Assembly (NCBI GenBank): GCA_028277485.1 | Contig: JANQGE010000057.1 | Location: forward strand, 5,709 to 69,708 | From: Chlorobium sp. | GTDB lineage: Bacteria; Bacteroidota; Chlorobiia; Chlorobiales; Chlorobiaceae | Direction: 5' to 3' | Length of the DNA: 64,000 bases | Shown: in pieces, positions 1-8,604 of the stretch | Layout: every line of letters begins with the position of its first letter | Numbering within the stretch: the first letter of the stretch is position 1 | Position numbers and translations under genes: made by a program | Notes under the pieces: model-generated | Told to the model about the DNA's origin: nothing | Databases searched by the model: none | Seen by the model: only the letters and a program-made list of their open reading frames with translations

Positions 1-898
1 CGAGAATCGAGGTGACGATGGTTGCCACACAGGTAAACAGCATGATGAACGTTGGTATGATGAGGTCCGGGAGCTGATCAAGCTTTCTGACAAGCAGTGA
101 AATGATAATGGAAAAGATCAGGGAGTTTGTCTGAATCATGATGTTTGCTTTCTGATCAACGATAGCACTGAAACTCACATGGTTTCTGGAGGACGTTCGG
201 TAATACACCTCCATGTTGCGCTCTACGCCACGATTTTTTCCGATGTCCTCTTTTTTTTCTTTTTTGGCGGTATCTTTCTTCTTTCTCTGGATCTTCTTTT
301 TTTCCAGATCTTCCTGGAGTTTTATAAGATTTTCCTTTTTTCCGGGGTCGAAGGCGTCGCGGGCGAAAGGAGTGAAAAAACTGTGACCGGCAAAGAAGCC
401 GATATTGAGCTCAAGCCATTCGGTGTCTGTGAACGGGAAGCCGCGGGCTTTTTCAAATTCAGCCCTCAACCGCATATTTTTTTGGGCGTAACTGTCTGAA
501 CCAAGGTGCACAAGGTCAGCATCACATACAACTTGCTGCAACAGATTTTGCGGCGCCTGGGGTATTTTTGTGGCCAGAATACAGCCTTTGACGAGTTCTA
601 TGGTTTCACTGTCCACCCCCTGTTTGCTGAGAAAAGCGTCTGCCTCTTCAGCGCTTCTTTGCTCATGGTCTTCGGCAGATTCATGGTAACAGAGGTCGTG
701 AAACCAGCAGGCAAGCATGACAACGGCAATGGATTCATCCGGCAGGCTCATTCCCTCCGCGATCATTCTGCCTGCTGCAACAGTCTCGCGTGTGTGGGTT
801 AGATCATGATAAAGCCCCTCTCCCTCTGTCCCGTCGGCATGGAATCGGTGGAAGATATACTCTGATGCTTTTTCAAGCAGTGTGTTATTGACGGTCAT
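1..898 (-). CDS. HD-domain protein fused to a DUF5706/Pycsar-effector-like membrane domain (3' end runs off the window)
   Basis: Absent from the ORF track because its stop lies outside the window. Manual translation from ATG at 898 is open to base 1: MTVNNTLLEKASEYIF...LYHDLTHTRETV...LACWFHDL...HEQRSAEEA...VCDADLVHLG (HD motifs), a Lys-rich linker, then YYRTSSRNHVSFSAIVDQKANIMIQTNSLIFSII plus hydrophobic helices (DUF5706-type). Confidence 0.85.
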   Translation of the reverse strand, partial: MTVNNTLLEKASEYIFHRFHADGTEGEGLYHDLTHTRETVAAGRMIAEGMSLPDESIAVVMLACWFHDLCYHESAEDHEQRSAEEADAFLSKQGVDSETIELVKGCILATKIPQAPQNLLQQVVCDADLVHLGSDSYAQKNMRLRAEFEKARGFPFTDTEWLELNIGFFAGHSFFTPFARDAFDPGKKENLIKLQEDLEKKKIQRKKKDTAKKEKKEDIGKNRGVERNMEVYYRTSSRNHVSFSAIVDQKANIMIQTNSLIFSIIISLLVRKLDQLPDLIIPTFIMLFTCVATIVTSIL

Positions 899-914
899 TG
901 CATTGTTTTGCAGA

Positions 915-979
915 GGGCGTTTCAAAATGCTCCGTTCGCCTTGCTCTTGAACCGCTCATGACAATAAATAGAGGTGCCC
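915..979 (-). mobile_element. Short internally deleted copy of the MITE-like repeat (family A)
   Basis: TGCTCCGTTCGCCTTG...CGCTCATGACAATAAATAGAGGTGCCC matches the reverse complement of the 5' part of the 47979 copy. Confidence 0.7.
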
Positions 980-1046
980 TTTATATGGGCCGTGATAGGT
1001 GGCATATAATCTTACAAATTTAGGGACTTCTTTTGCATAAAATCAA

Positions 1047-1187
1047 GGGTATCTCTATTAATTTGTTGCACGTCCTGATTACTATCGTTGAGTGGTGCTT
1101 GAAATCCTGTCACGACAGTCGGAGCACTCCGGTTTTGTAGTTTATCCTGAGTTCTCAAGTCGCTCACGACAATGTAAGAAGGAGTGC
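1047..1187 (-). mobile_element. Degenerate full-length MITE-like repeat (family A)
   Basis: GGGTATCTCTATTAATTTGTTGCACGTCCTGATTAC...GAAATCC...CTCCGGTTT...CTCAAGTCGCTCACGACAAT is colinear with the 20310 copy. Confidence 0.75.
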
Positions 1188-1222
1188 TTTCAAAAGGAAT
1201 TTTTGTCGAATCAGCAGTGTAT

Positions 1223-2071
1223 ATGACCGTATCAGCAAAAAGATTCTGGTTTCTTGCGGCAATTGCAGGGTATCTTTGCTCACTGCAGCTTTTTGCAGCA
1301 AAACCGGTTTTTGCCGGCAGCCGTTCAACAGGCGACATTCTTTCAGATGACACGGCGCATTTCTTTCGTGATTTCAGGGATATTTTCTCTTCTCCCGTAC
1401 GTTTTGACGGCCGTGACTGGATAACGGTCGGTGCTGTTGCCGGTACTGTTGCCGCAGCGGTGGTATGGGCCGATGTTCCTGTCCGGAAATATATGCTTGG
1501 CAACCGTTCCAGGTTTGCCGATGACATCGTATCTGTCGGGGATTACTACGGTAGATTTTCTACCGGTTACTATCTGGGAACTGCTCTTTATCTTGCAGGC
1601 ATCGCCGGTGAAGACGACCAGGTGCGTCTTACCGGAAGGGCGGTGCTTGAAGCGCATACCTTTTCATTGCTGATCACCGGTGTCCTGAAAGCCGTTTCCG
1701 GGCGGTCGAGGCCCTGTCTTTTTGAAGGCAACAAGCGTTTCAACTGGTTTGAAACGGAAAACGGGAAATGGTCTCTCCCTTCCGGGCACTCGGCCGCAGC
1801 CTTTGCAATCTCCTCGGTTTTGAGCAAGAGGATCAATCGCCCATGGGCAACTGCGGGACTGTATGCCCTTTCAGGTATAACCGTTCTGGACCGTATCTAC
1901 GACGATAAACACTGGCTGTCCGATACCATACTCGGGGCGGCAATAGGAACCGCAGTAGGCCTGGCAGTGGGGCGGATGATCGATGAAGAAGAGAAAGAGA
2001 AGAAAAAGGGAGGATTGGAAACCTTGAATGAGCGGCCGGTTGAGCTGGTACATTTCTCGGTGAGCTTTTAA
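1223..2071 (+). CDS. PAP2-family phosphatase with N-terminal signal/hydrophobic segment
   Basis: KAVSGRSRP, SLPSGH and RIYDDKHWLSD motifs. ATG 1223 is preferred over GTG 1184, which lies inside a MITE end. Confidence 0.85.
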   Translation: MTVSAKRFWFLAAIAGYLCSLQLFAAKPVFAGSRSTGDILSDDTAHFFRDFRDIFSSPVRFDGRDWITVGAVAGTVAAAVVWADVPVRKYMLGNRSRFADDIVSVGDYYGRFSTGYYLGTALYLAGIAGEDDQVRLTGRAVLEAHTFSLLITGVLKAVSGRSRPCLFEGNKRFNWFETENGKWSLPSGHSAAAFAISSVLSKRINRPWATAGLYALSGITVLDRIYDDKHWLSDTILGAAIGTAVGLAVGRMIDEEEKEKKKGGLETLNERPVELVHFSVSF

Positions 2072-2090
2072 GGACGAATAAAACCCCTTT

Positions 2091-2759
2091 CTATGCTTTG
2101 TTTTTCGATAACCACTCAATGATTTCTTGTGGCTTTTCAACCAGTTTTTTTGCACCGCTTTCCACAAGCTCCTGCTCCGTTCTGAACCCCCAAAGTGCCC
2201 CGAGCGGGTACATGCCCGCAGCAGTTGCGGTCTGCATATCGACTTCGCTGTCACCTACGTAGAGGATATTTTCCGGAACGATGCCCATCATGTCAGCCAT
2301 CAGAAGGGCCCCCTGCGGGTCGGGTTTGTGTTTGATTCCGGGATGGTGCCCGGTGACCTGGTCAAATTTCCATGAGGAGAGCAGTGTCTCGACGCACAGT
2401 TTTGTGAATCTGTCAGGTTTGTTGGATAAAACGCCTTTTTTAATCAGAGCGGTGTCCAGCCAGTCGAGAAGTTCTTCAATACCGGGGTAGGGAATGGTAT
2501 GAGTTTTCCAGGTTTTGGCATAGTGTTCCTGCATCTCTTGCCGGAGCTTCTCAAGAAGTTCATGCCGGCTTTGCAGGTTTTTGGGAAGTGCTCTTCTGAC
2601 CAGGTCGTCCATGCCGTAGCCGACGAGGTAGCGGAACTCTTCTATGTTGTGCACCGGGAGCCCGTTGTTGTCCAGGACGCTGTTGAGCGTGTTTGCCAGG
2701 TCTTTAAGTGAGTCGAGAAGCGTGCCGTCCAGATCGAAAATAACCGCTTTGAAATTCAT
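2091..2759 (-). CDS. HAD-family hydrolase (phosphoglycolate phosphatase-like)
   Basis: FDLDGTLLDS motif I, SNK, KP and YVGDSEVD motifs. Confidence 0.9.
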   Translation of the reverse strand: MNFKAVIFDLDGTLLDSLKDLANTLNSVLDNNGLPVHNIEEFRYLVGYGMDDLVRRALPKNLQSRHELLEKLRQEMQEHYAKTWKTHTIPYPGIEELLDWLDTALIKKGVLSNKPDRFTKLCVETLLSSWKFDQVTGHHPGIKHKPDPQGALLMADMMGIVPENILYVGDSEVDMQTATAAGMYPLGALWGFRTEQELVESGAKKLVEKPQEIIEWLSKNKA

Positions 2760-2780
2760 GGGAGGAGTTTCTTGGAGGCG

Positions 2781-3485
2781 TTATTGCCGGATGGGTTTGC
2801 GTGCGACAGCAAGGAATACGGTGTATGTTTTTTCCTTGCCGGCACGGTTCACTTTTTTAATTGATGCGGCATTTGAAAAACAAATGCCGGAAAAACCGCA
2901 CTGTTCAAAGAGGTTTTGCAGAGCCTTGCGGTTGAAACCATGATACACGTGAGCATCCAGGTTATCATGAAAAGATCCGTCCTCTTCGTCCAGGTCGGCG
3001 ATTGCCAGGTGACCTTCCGGGAGAAGCAGTGTGTGGAGCCTCTGCAATGCTTCGCGCGTATTGCCGATGTGATGGAAAGTCATGCTGCTGAAAATGAGAG
3101 CGTACTGTCCGCCCTGTCGATATGCCGAAGGAGCGGTAAAAATATCGGAAGCAACCGTCCGGATATTGGTGATGCCATGCTCCCTGACTTTTACTTCGAG
3201 CGCGTTGAGCATCCCTTGTGAAGTGTCGACGGCGGTCAGTGAGGCTACCTTGCCGGCGACGGGACAAGTCAGCAACCCCGTTCCGCATCCTATTTCCATT
3301 GTGTTCCAGTGTTTCTGAAACGGAATCGCATCCATCAGGGATTTCAATATCTGGCGGGCAAGATCTACCCTGCGGGGGTTGTGATCCCACGTTTCGGCGG
3401 CGCTGTCAAAGCGGTTTCTGCTGTTCGGTTTTTCTTCCAAAGACGGCAATTTGATAGTAAGGGATGAACAAAGGAGAAAGTACAA
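2781..3485 (-). CDS. Class I SAM-dependent methyltransferase
   Basis: RFDSAAETWD, MEIGCGTG and SSMTFHH motifs. Start codon uncertain. Confidence 0.85.
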   Translation of the reverse strand: MYFLLCSSLTIKLPSLEEKPNSRNRFDSAAETWDHNPRRVDLARQILKSLMDAIPFQKHWNTMEIGCGTGLLTCPVAGKVASLTAVDTSQGMLNALEVKVREHGITNIRTVASDIFTAPSAYRQGGQYALIFSSMTFHHIGNTREALQRLHTLLLPEGHLAIADLDEEDGSFHDNLDAHVYHGFNRKALQNLFEQCGFSGICFSNAASIKKVNRAGKEKTYTVFLAVARKPIRQ

Positions 3486-3520
3486 AGCAAGGTGATAATT
3501 GCAAAAAAGATTGGGATGCG

Positions 3521-4993
3521 CTAAACCTGCTCAACCGGGAAAATCCGGGAAATCATCAAAAAAACGGTCGCTATCCAGATGGCAGCGATAATGTTCAGGA
3601 AGAATCCGAGCCGCAGTACTGTCTTTATTGAGACTTTTTCAAGCCCACCGAAAGCAAGGGCATTGACGGGAGTGGCTATGGGGCTCATGAACGCCCCGGA
3701 AGCAGCAGCGGTGACAAGGAGGAGCAGCAGGAGCTGTTCGGAATGGAAAACCGGCTGCACAGCCAGGATCGCAGGGGCCAGGACAAACAAGACGGTTGTA
3801 TTGTTGAAGATTTCGGTAGCGAATATGGTTGAAACTCCCATGATGCCAAAAAGCAGTACCGGGTTCTCGGCCGATGAAATAGCCTGGCTGCTGAAGTTTT
3901 TAAAAAGTACAAAAAGCCACCCATCGATTTCTGATGTTGCCGGATTATCTCCTACGGATATGATCAGCAGCAAAAGTGCAGCAGTAAAGCTCATAAGAAG
4001 CAGCCCGAAATAGGGGATTTCAAGCATAATCTGGTTTATCGAAAGGACGGAATTGTAATTATGTATGGACAGGGAAGTGAACGTTTCTCCAAAAAGGCGT
4101 TTCCAAAAACGATTGATCATATCCAGCAGAAAGCGATCGAGCGCCGTGTATGCCTTACGGGATGGAATGCGAAGCCTTTTTTCGAGCTGCTCGAGCGTTT
4201 TGCTGACAAAGATTATGGGAAATGCTGTAAGGTACAGTACGAGAAATATGATGTTTTTCAGAGCGTTTCTCACCGTAGTGGCTCTGCGGGGAAAAACAAA
4301 GGAGAAAAAAAGAATGACGAGCAGATAAAGAATCAAACCCAGATCGATGATGTTCAGCCCTGAAATCACAGGATCCGGGGTAAAGAAAAACTGAAAGGCA
4401 CTGAAGATAAGGATAAGGGTGATATTGCTGATGAAGAAAACAAGAGGTTTCCTCGGTAGAAGAGAGCCTTTTCCGTGCAATACAGGGGTAACCGATAGCT
4501 CCAGTTCAACGGGAGTACTCATCAAAAGAAGCCATCGTCCGGCAAGAATGAGCATGAGTGTAGCAGGAATACCGACCATGAGCCATGAGAAAAAGGTAAG
4601 GTGTTCCGTTCCGGGAAACGCATGAAAGCTTGCGAATCCCACCGCTGCAACGTTCAGCGGGCTGCCCGTCAGCGAAGCCATACCGCCTGTATTGGCACCG
4701 AAGATCAGAGCACAGTAGAAAAGTGCGGCAAGTGTTTTCCGGTTGTCCACATTTTTGAAAACAGCCATCAGTTTTCGCACAACCGGCAGCATGGCGAGGA
4801 CAACGACGGTATTCGAGAAGAAAATTGAAAGGCTGTAAGACAGAAGAAGCGTTGCGGTCAGCAAGCCCCCGGTGGTGGTGCGGGTATGACCGAGAAGATA
4901 TGCGATAAACCTGTGATGAGTTTTGGCCGCAATCAGTATCTGCGAAAGCAGAAAGCCGATTATCAGAATAATGATGTTCTGCAGCCAGTTCAT
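3521..4993 (-). CDS. SLC13/DASS (ion transporter superfamily) permease
   Basis: Polytopic; FFSNT, GANTGGMASLTGSPLN, FNNT and AFMSPIATPVNA motifs. Confidence 0.8.
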   Translation of the reverse strand: MNWLQNIIILIIGFLLSQILIAAKTHHRFIAYLLGHTRTTTGGLLTATLLLSYSLSIFFSNTVVVLAMLPVVRKLMAVFKNVDNRKTLAALFYCALIFGANTGGMASLTGSPLNVAAVGFASFHAFPGTEHLTFFSWLMVGIPATLMLILAGRWLLLMSTPVELELSVTPVLHGKGSLLPRKPLVFFISNITLILIFSAFQFFFTPDPVISGLNIIDLGLILYLLVILFFSFVFPRRATTVRNALKNIIFLVLYLTAFPIIFVSKTLEQLEKRLRIPSRKAYTALDRFLLDMINRFWKRLFGETFTSLSIHNYNSVLSINQIMLEIPYFGLLLMSFTAALLLLIISVGDNPATSEIDGWLFVLFKNFSSQAISSAENPVLLFGIMGVSTIFATEIFNNTTVLFVLAPAILAVQPVFHSEQLLLLLLVTAAASGAFMSPIATPVNALAFGGLEKVSIKTVLRLGFFLNIIAAIWIATVFLMISRIFPVEQV

Positions 4994-5031
4994 GCGGTTG
5001 TTGTTTTAGGCCTGTTGTAAAGATGTCTCAA

Positions 5032-5071
5032 TTTTACACAATATTCACTAAACCGTAACCATACCACAACA
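5032..5071 (+). promoter_or_regulatory. Putative Pho-box-like 11-bp phased repeats in the divergent SLC13/plsC promoter
   Basis: Heptamers TTTTACA (5032), ATTCACT (5043), CGTAACC (5054) and CACAACA (5065) at exact 11-bp spacing; they resemble the array upstream of the porin. Confidence 0.4.
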
Positions 5072-5138
5072 TTCTTTTCCGTAATTCTTAGTGAGCCTCT
5101 AAAAATGGTTTTTTCCCATAAAAAAATTTTCATCCCTC

Positions 5139-5996
5139 ATGAAAAACTTTTTCAGGATGAAATATCTGCGGGAGAATCTTTTTGGCAAACTGCCGTTTCT
5201 TCAACCTCTGGAATCATTGCTGCTGAGGTTTTTCATGATTCCGAACCTTTTTCTTCTTCATGCCGAAGGCTTGGAGCATATCAGGGATCGGAAAGGTCCG
5301 GTGATTTTTGCGTTCAACCATAACAACTCGATGGAATCGCTTTTTGTGCCGGTGTTTCTTGTCTATCACAGCGGTGGAAGAAAGATAAGTTTTGTTATCG
5401 ACTGGATGTTCGGAAAAATACCTCTGTTAGGTTCTCTGTTCAGGCTGGCGGAGCCGGTTTATGTTTACCATAAGCGGTCTACCTGGGCAGTTCTCGAGTC
5501 CAGGAGGCCGAAAAAGCCGCCTTTCCCGGACACGGTTTCTCTCTGCTGTGAAAAACTCGGAAGGGGGGGACGTATAGGTATTTTCCCCGAAGGAACTCGA
5601 AACAGGGACCCTTTCAGGCTCCTGCCGGGGAAACCCGGAATAGGTCATATTGCTCTGCGGTCCGGTGTGCCCGTGATTCCGGTGGGGATAAACTGTGTGT
5701 CGGGGAGGAAAAGAAAAAAGGTTCATGCTTTCGGCAGGGTTGTTCTAAAGATCGGCAAACCGCTTCAGTTTGACGACCTTTCGGAATCTTACCGTTTGGC
5801 GGGCCGTACAAGTTCTTCATCTCTTGCTGAAGGCCGGGAGCGATATGTGCTTGCATTGACTGCGACACACAGGGTGATGTCGAACCTTGCCGGGCTTTGC
5901 GGAAAAAAATATACCTATCCGGCACCCGGGCTGAAGCTTGATAAAAAATCAATAGCCGACAACCATAACATCAAGGAGGTGCTATGTCCAGCGTAA
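5139..5996 (+). CDS. Lysophospholipid acyltransferase family protein (PlsC/OlsA-like)
   Basis: NHNNSME (HX4D-like motif, here HX4E), GIFPEGTR and PVIPVGI blocks. Confidence 0.85.
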   Translation: MKNFFRMKYLRENLFGKLPFLQPLESLLLRFFMIPNLFLLHAEGLEHIRDRKGPVIFAFNHNNSMESLFVPVFLVYHSGGRKISFVIDWMFGKIPLLGSLFRLAEPVYVYHKRSTWAVLESRRPKKPPFPDTVSLCCEKLGRGGRIGIFPEGTRNRDPFRLLPGKPGIGHIALRSGVPVIPVGINCVSGRKRKKVHAFGRVVLKIGKPLQFDDLSESYRLAGRTSSSSLAEGRERYVLALTATHRVMSNLAGLCGKKYTYPAPGLKLDKKSIADNHNIKEVLCPA

Positions 5997-6643
5997 CGGT
6001 TAACAGAGTGTTGACGCAGGAGAACCGCACTGCGGCTGTGAGGGTTATTGAACAGGTGTTCCAGCGGGAGAAAAAATGGATACGTGCGGCTCAGGATCAG
6101 GTGCCCCGGACACTCGAGAAGGACGGCTGCTATTCATGGTTTCTTGCGAAAGTTGGCTGCAGGCCGGCAGGAGTGCTGCGTTTGATGTATGATCCGCCCC
6201 TCGAGCTGCCTGAAGAGTATGATGTCAAGCTTCTTCCAGGTGTGGATATCGAGAAGATGAAACAGGAAGGGCGTTACGTCGAAATCGGTCGTTTTATGAT
6301 AAAAAGCGAGTTCAGAAAAAATCCCCGGATCGCACTCCGTTTGATGCGAACGGCCACCAAGGAGGTTCTGGAAAGGGATTATACCCATTTCATTACAGAT
6401 GTTTTTGAAGGCGAGTCCAATTCCCCTCTCAATTTTCACACGAGGGTTCTCGGGTTCGAGGTGATCGGAAAGCACATGTTTGGTGACCTGAACTGCAGCT
6501 CCACTCGTATAATCCTGACGCTTGACATACTGAAGGTATATCGCAGGATCAAAAACAACCGCAGCAGGGTATACAGTGAACTTACCGAGGGAATGCGGGG
6601 AATTCTTGAAAGAAAGCTTGCAGCAGCAGGGCCGCGGATGTAA
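5984..6643 (+). CDS. GNAT-fold N-acyltransferase (FeeM/OlsB/LuxI-like)
   Basis: AGVLRLMYDPPLELPEEY...YVEIGRFMIKSEFRK pattern; overlaps the upstream acyltransferase by 13 bp. Confidence 0.75.
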   Translation: MSSVTVNRVLTQENRTAAVRVIEQVFQREKKWIRAAQDQVPRTLEKDGCYSWFLAKVGCRPAGVLRLMYDPPLELPEEYDVKLLPGVDIEKMKQEGRYVEIGRFMIKSEFRKNPRIALRLMRTATKEVLERDYTHFITDVFEGESNSPLNFHTRVLGFEVIGKHMFGDLNCSSTRIILTLDILKVYRRIKNNRSRVYSELTEGMRGILERKLAAAGPRM

Positions 6644-6682
6644 ATCGCATTTAGGGGCACTTCGAAAAAAAGAGAAACTCAA

Positions 6683-6825
6683 GGGCATCTCTATTAATTG
6701 TCGTGAGCGACCTGAAGACAAGGCGAACGGAGCGCAGAAACCGGAGTGTACACGGAGTACATGAAGATTTCGAGCACCGATCAACGAAGCAATTGAATCG
6801 CGGAGTAGATAAATAAGAGGGGCCC
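6683..6825 (+). mobile_element. Full-length MITE-like repeat (family A)
   Basis: GGGCATCTCTATTAATTGTCGTGAGCG...GCAGAAACCGGAGTGTACACGGAGTACATGAAGATTTCGAGCACCG...AGAGGGGCCC. Confidence 0.85.
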
Positions 6826-6908
6826 TCAAAAAGACCGTTTTAAGAATGCCCGTAATTGCAGGCGGCAACGGACGGGCAGATGCACATGAGCCTTAACAGT
6901 GGAGGGAT

Positions 6909-7160
6909 ATGCTGAAACTTGAGGAACTGCGGAGTGTGATCAAGGGAGAGATCTTTGTTCAGGAAGATATGGCCAAGCACGACATAAAGAAGATCACGGG
7001 AGTTGCAGATATACTGATCAAGCCGTCAGGGAAAAAAGATCTTACAAAAACACTTCATGTGCTTAAGAAATCGCGTTTTCCTTACGTTGTCATCAACAGG
7101 AAGGGCAGGGTTATATTCCCTGATGATCGCTATCACGGGGTGGTGGTAGTGACGGATTGA
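6909..7160 (+). CDS. Small protein resembling the N-terminal FAD-binding subdomain of MurB
   Basis: GGAGG RBS; GEIFVQEDMAKHDIKKITGVADILIKPSGKKDL...PYVVINRKGRVIFPDDRYHGVVV follows the MurB N-terminal pattern but lacks GxGSN. Confidence 0.65.
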   Translation: MLKLEELRSVIKGEIFVQEDMAKHDIKKITGVADILIKPSGKKDLTKTLHVLKKSRFPYVVINRKGRVIFPDDRYHGVVVVTD

Positions 7161-7187
7161 TATGCCGGGTGTTGCATCGGAATATTT

Positions 7188-7227
7188 TGTAACAATATCG
7201 TTTCGGTTCCGTAACAGTTCCTTAACA
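7188..7227 (+). promoter_or_regulatory. Putative Pho box (11-bp phased direct repeats) upstream of porin-pstS
   Basis: TGTAACA (7188), CGTAACA (7210) and CTTAACA (7221), spaced 22 and 11 bp. Confidence 0.55.
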
Positions 7228-7326
7228 ATAGGAGTTATAAATTAGCTTGCGATGACGGGCATATAATTTTTTTTATGTCTTGTGTTCCTTGATATGAAAA
7301 AACCAGAAAACATAACCTGTGTTATC

Positions 7327-8430
7327 ATGAAAAAATTTTTAGCGCTTTTTGCTTTTCTACTTGTTTCCGGCTGGAGCAATGCTCAGGCTGTGGACTGGAA
7401 CTGGAAAGGTGACGTCCGCTACCGGTACGAGTCGAAAATTAAGGAAGATGCTGACAACAGCAGAGACCGCCATCGTCTTCGTGTGCGTCTCGGTGTTTAT
7501 CCCTGGATTACCGAAGAGCTGACCGCCGGTGTTCAGTTCTCTACAGCCGGTGCGGGCGATCCGGTTTCACGCAACCAGACGCTTGGTAACGGTTTCACTG
7601 CAAAAGACCTTAACCTCAATCAGGCCTTCATCGACTATCATCCGATGTTCCTCGATGGTGAAGCAAACTTCATTTTCGGTAAAAGAGAGGTCAAGCAGAC
7701 TCTTATCCGCGTCAACGACCTTGTCTGGGACAGCGACCTTACCCTCGAAGGTATGACTTTCCATTTCGGCAAAGACGGCAAGAAACAGCGTTCTGGTTTG
7801 AATGCGGTTGCTGGGTATTACTTTATCAATGAGATTAAAAAGAGTGAGGACGATCCTTTCTTCTGGGCAGCACAGCTTGCCTATACAGGCAAGGCCGGAG
7901 ACCTTGGCTTCATGCTCGGTGCCGGCTACTATGATTATGAAAACATTGAGGGTGGAGCAGATGGTGTCTTGGGTAAGTGGGCAGATGGTGAAGGTTTCTT
8001 CGGGAATTCCAATACCGCCGGTACCTATGATTTTGACTATAATATTTTTGAAGTGTTTGCCAATGTGGGCGGTAAGTTCGACAGTCTGCCATGGAAGCTC
8101 TACGGTCAGTATGCCGTGAACGTTGCCGACGACATTGATGATGATGACAAAGGGTATCTTGTTGGTTTCAAATTGGGTAAAGCCAAGAAAGTCGGTCAGT
8201 GGGAACTCGACGCCAACTACAGCTATATCGAAAAAGATGCTGTTGTCGGTGCTTATACGGACTCGGACCGCTGGGGCGGCGGTACTGACGGCGAGGGTTT
8301 TGAAGTCGGCGGGAAATATCATCTGGTCCAGAATATGACCGTTGGCGTTAAATATCTTGGTCATGAAGATGGTATTGACAGCGATGAAACTCTTCATGTT
8401 CTGCAGGCTGACATGGTTGTTAAGTTCTGA
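7327..8430 (+). CDS. Putative outer-membrane porin (likely phosphate-selective by context)
   Basis: Signal peptide, WKGDVRYRYE...RHRLRVRLG N-terminus, beta-strand periodicity, C-terminal Phe (QADMVVKF); first gene before pstS. Confidence 0.8.
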   Translation: MKKFLALFAFLLVSGWSNAQAVDWNWKGDVRYRYESKIKEDADNSRDRHRLRVRLGVYPWITEELTAGVQFSTAGAGDPVSRNQTLGNGFTAKDLNLNQAFIDYHPMFLDGEANFIFGKREVKQTLIRVNDLVWDSDLTLEGMTFHFGKDGKKQRSGLNAVAGYYFINEIKKSEDDPFFWAAQLAYTGKAGDLGFMLGAGYYDYENIEGGADGVLGKWADGEGFFGNSNTAGTYDFDYNIFEVFANVGGKFDSLPWKLYGQYAVNVADDIDDDDKGYLVGFKLGKAKKVGQWELDANYSYIEKDAVVGAYTDSDRWGGGTDGEGFEVGGKYHLVQNMTVGVKYLGHEDGIDSDETLHVLQADMVVKF

Positions 8431-8511
8431 TGTCTGAAATGGTATTCTTGTTTTTGTGTTGCTGTTCTTTCTTCGTCGATTAAGCTGTAAAGCTTAACGA
8501 AGTTCCTTCCG

Positions 8512-8542
8512 CCGTTTCCCCCTCTTCAGAGGGGGAGAACGG
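8512..8542. repeat. Palindromic hairpin between porin and pstS
   Basis: CCGTTTCCCCCTCT-TC-AGAGGGGGAGAACGG inverted repeat. Confidence 0.6.
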
Positions 8543-8604
8543 TAATGCTCTGGCAAGATTGTACAGCCTTACTTTTTTAAAACGTTTCAAATGAAAAAAT
8601 TATT

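Noticed and set aside
179-802. Two + strand ORFs in the track (179-499, 506-802)
   Set aside because: They are antisense to the real minus-strand HD/DUF5706 gene.
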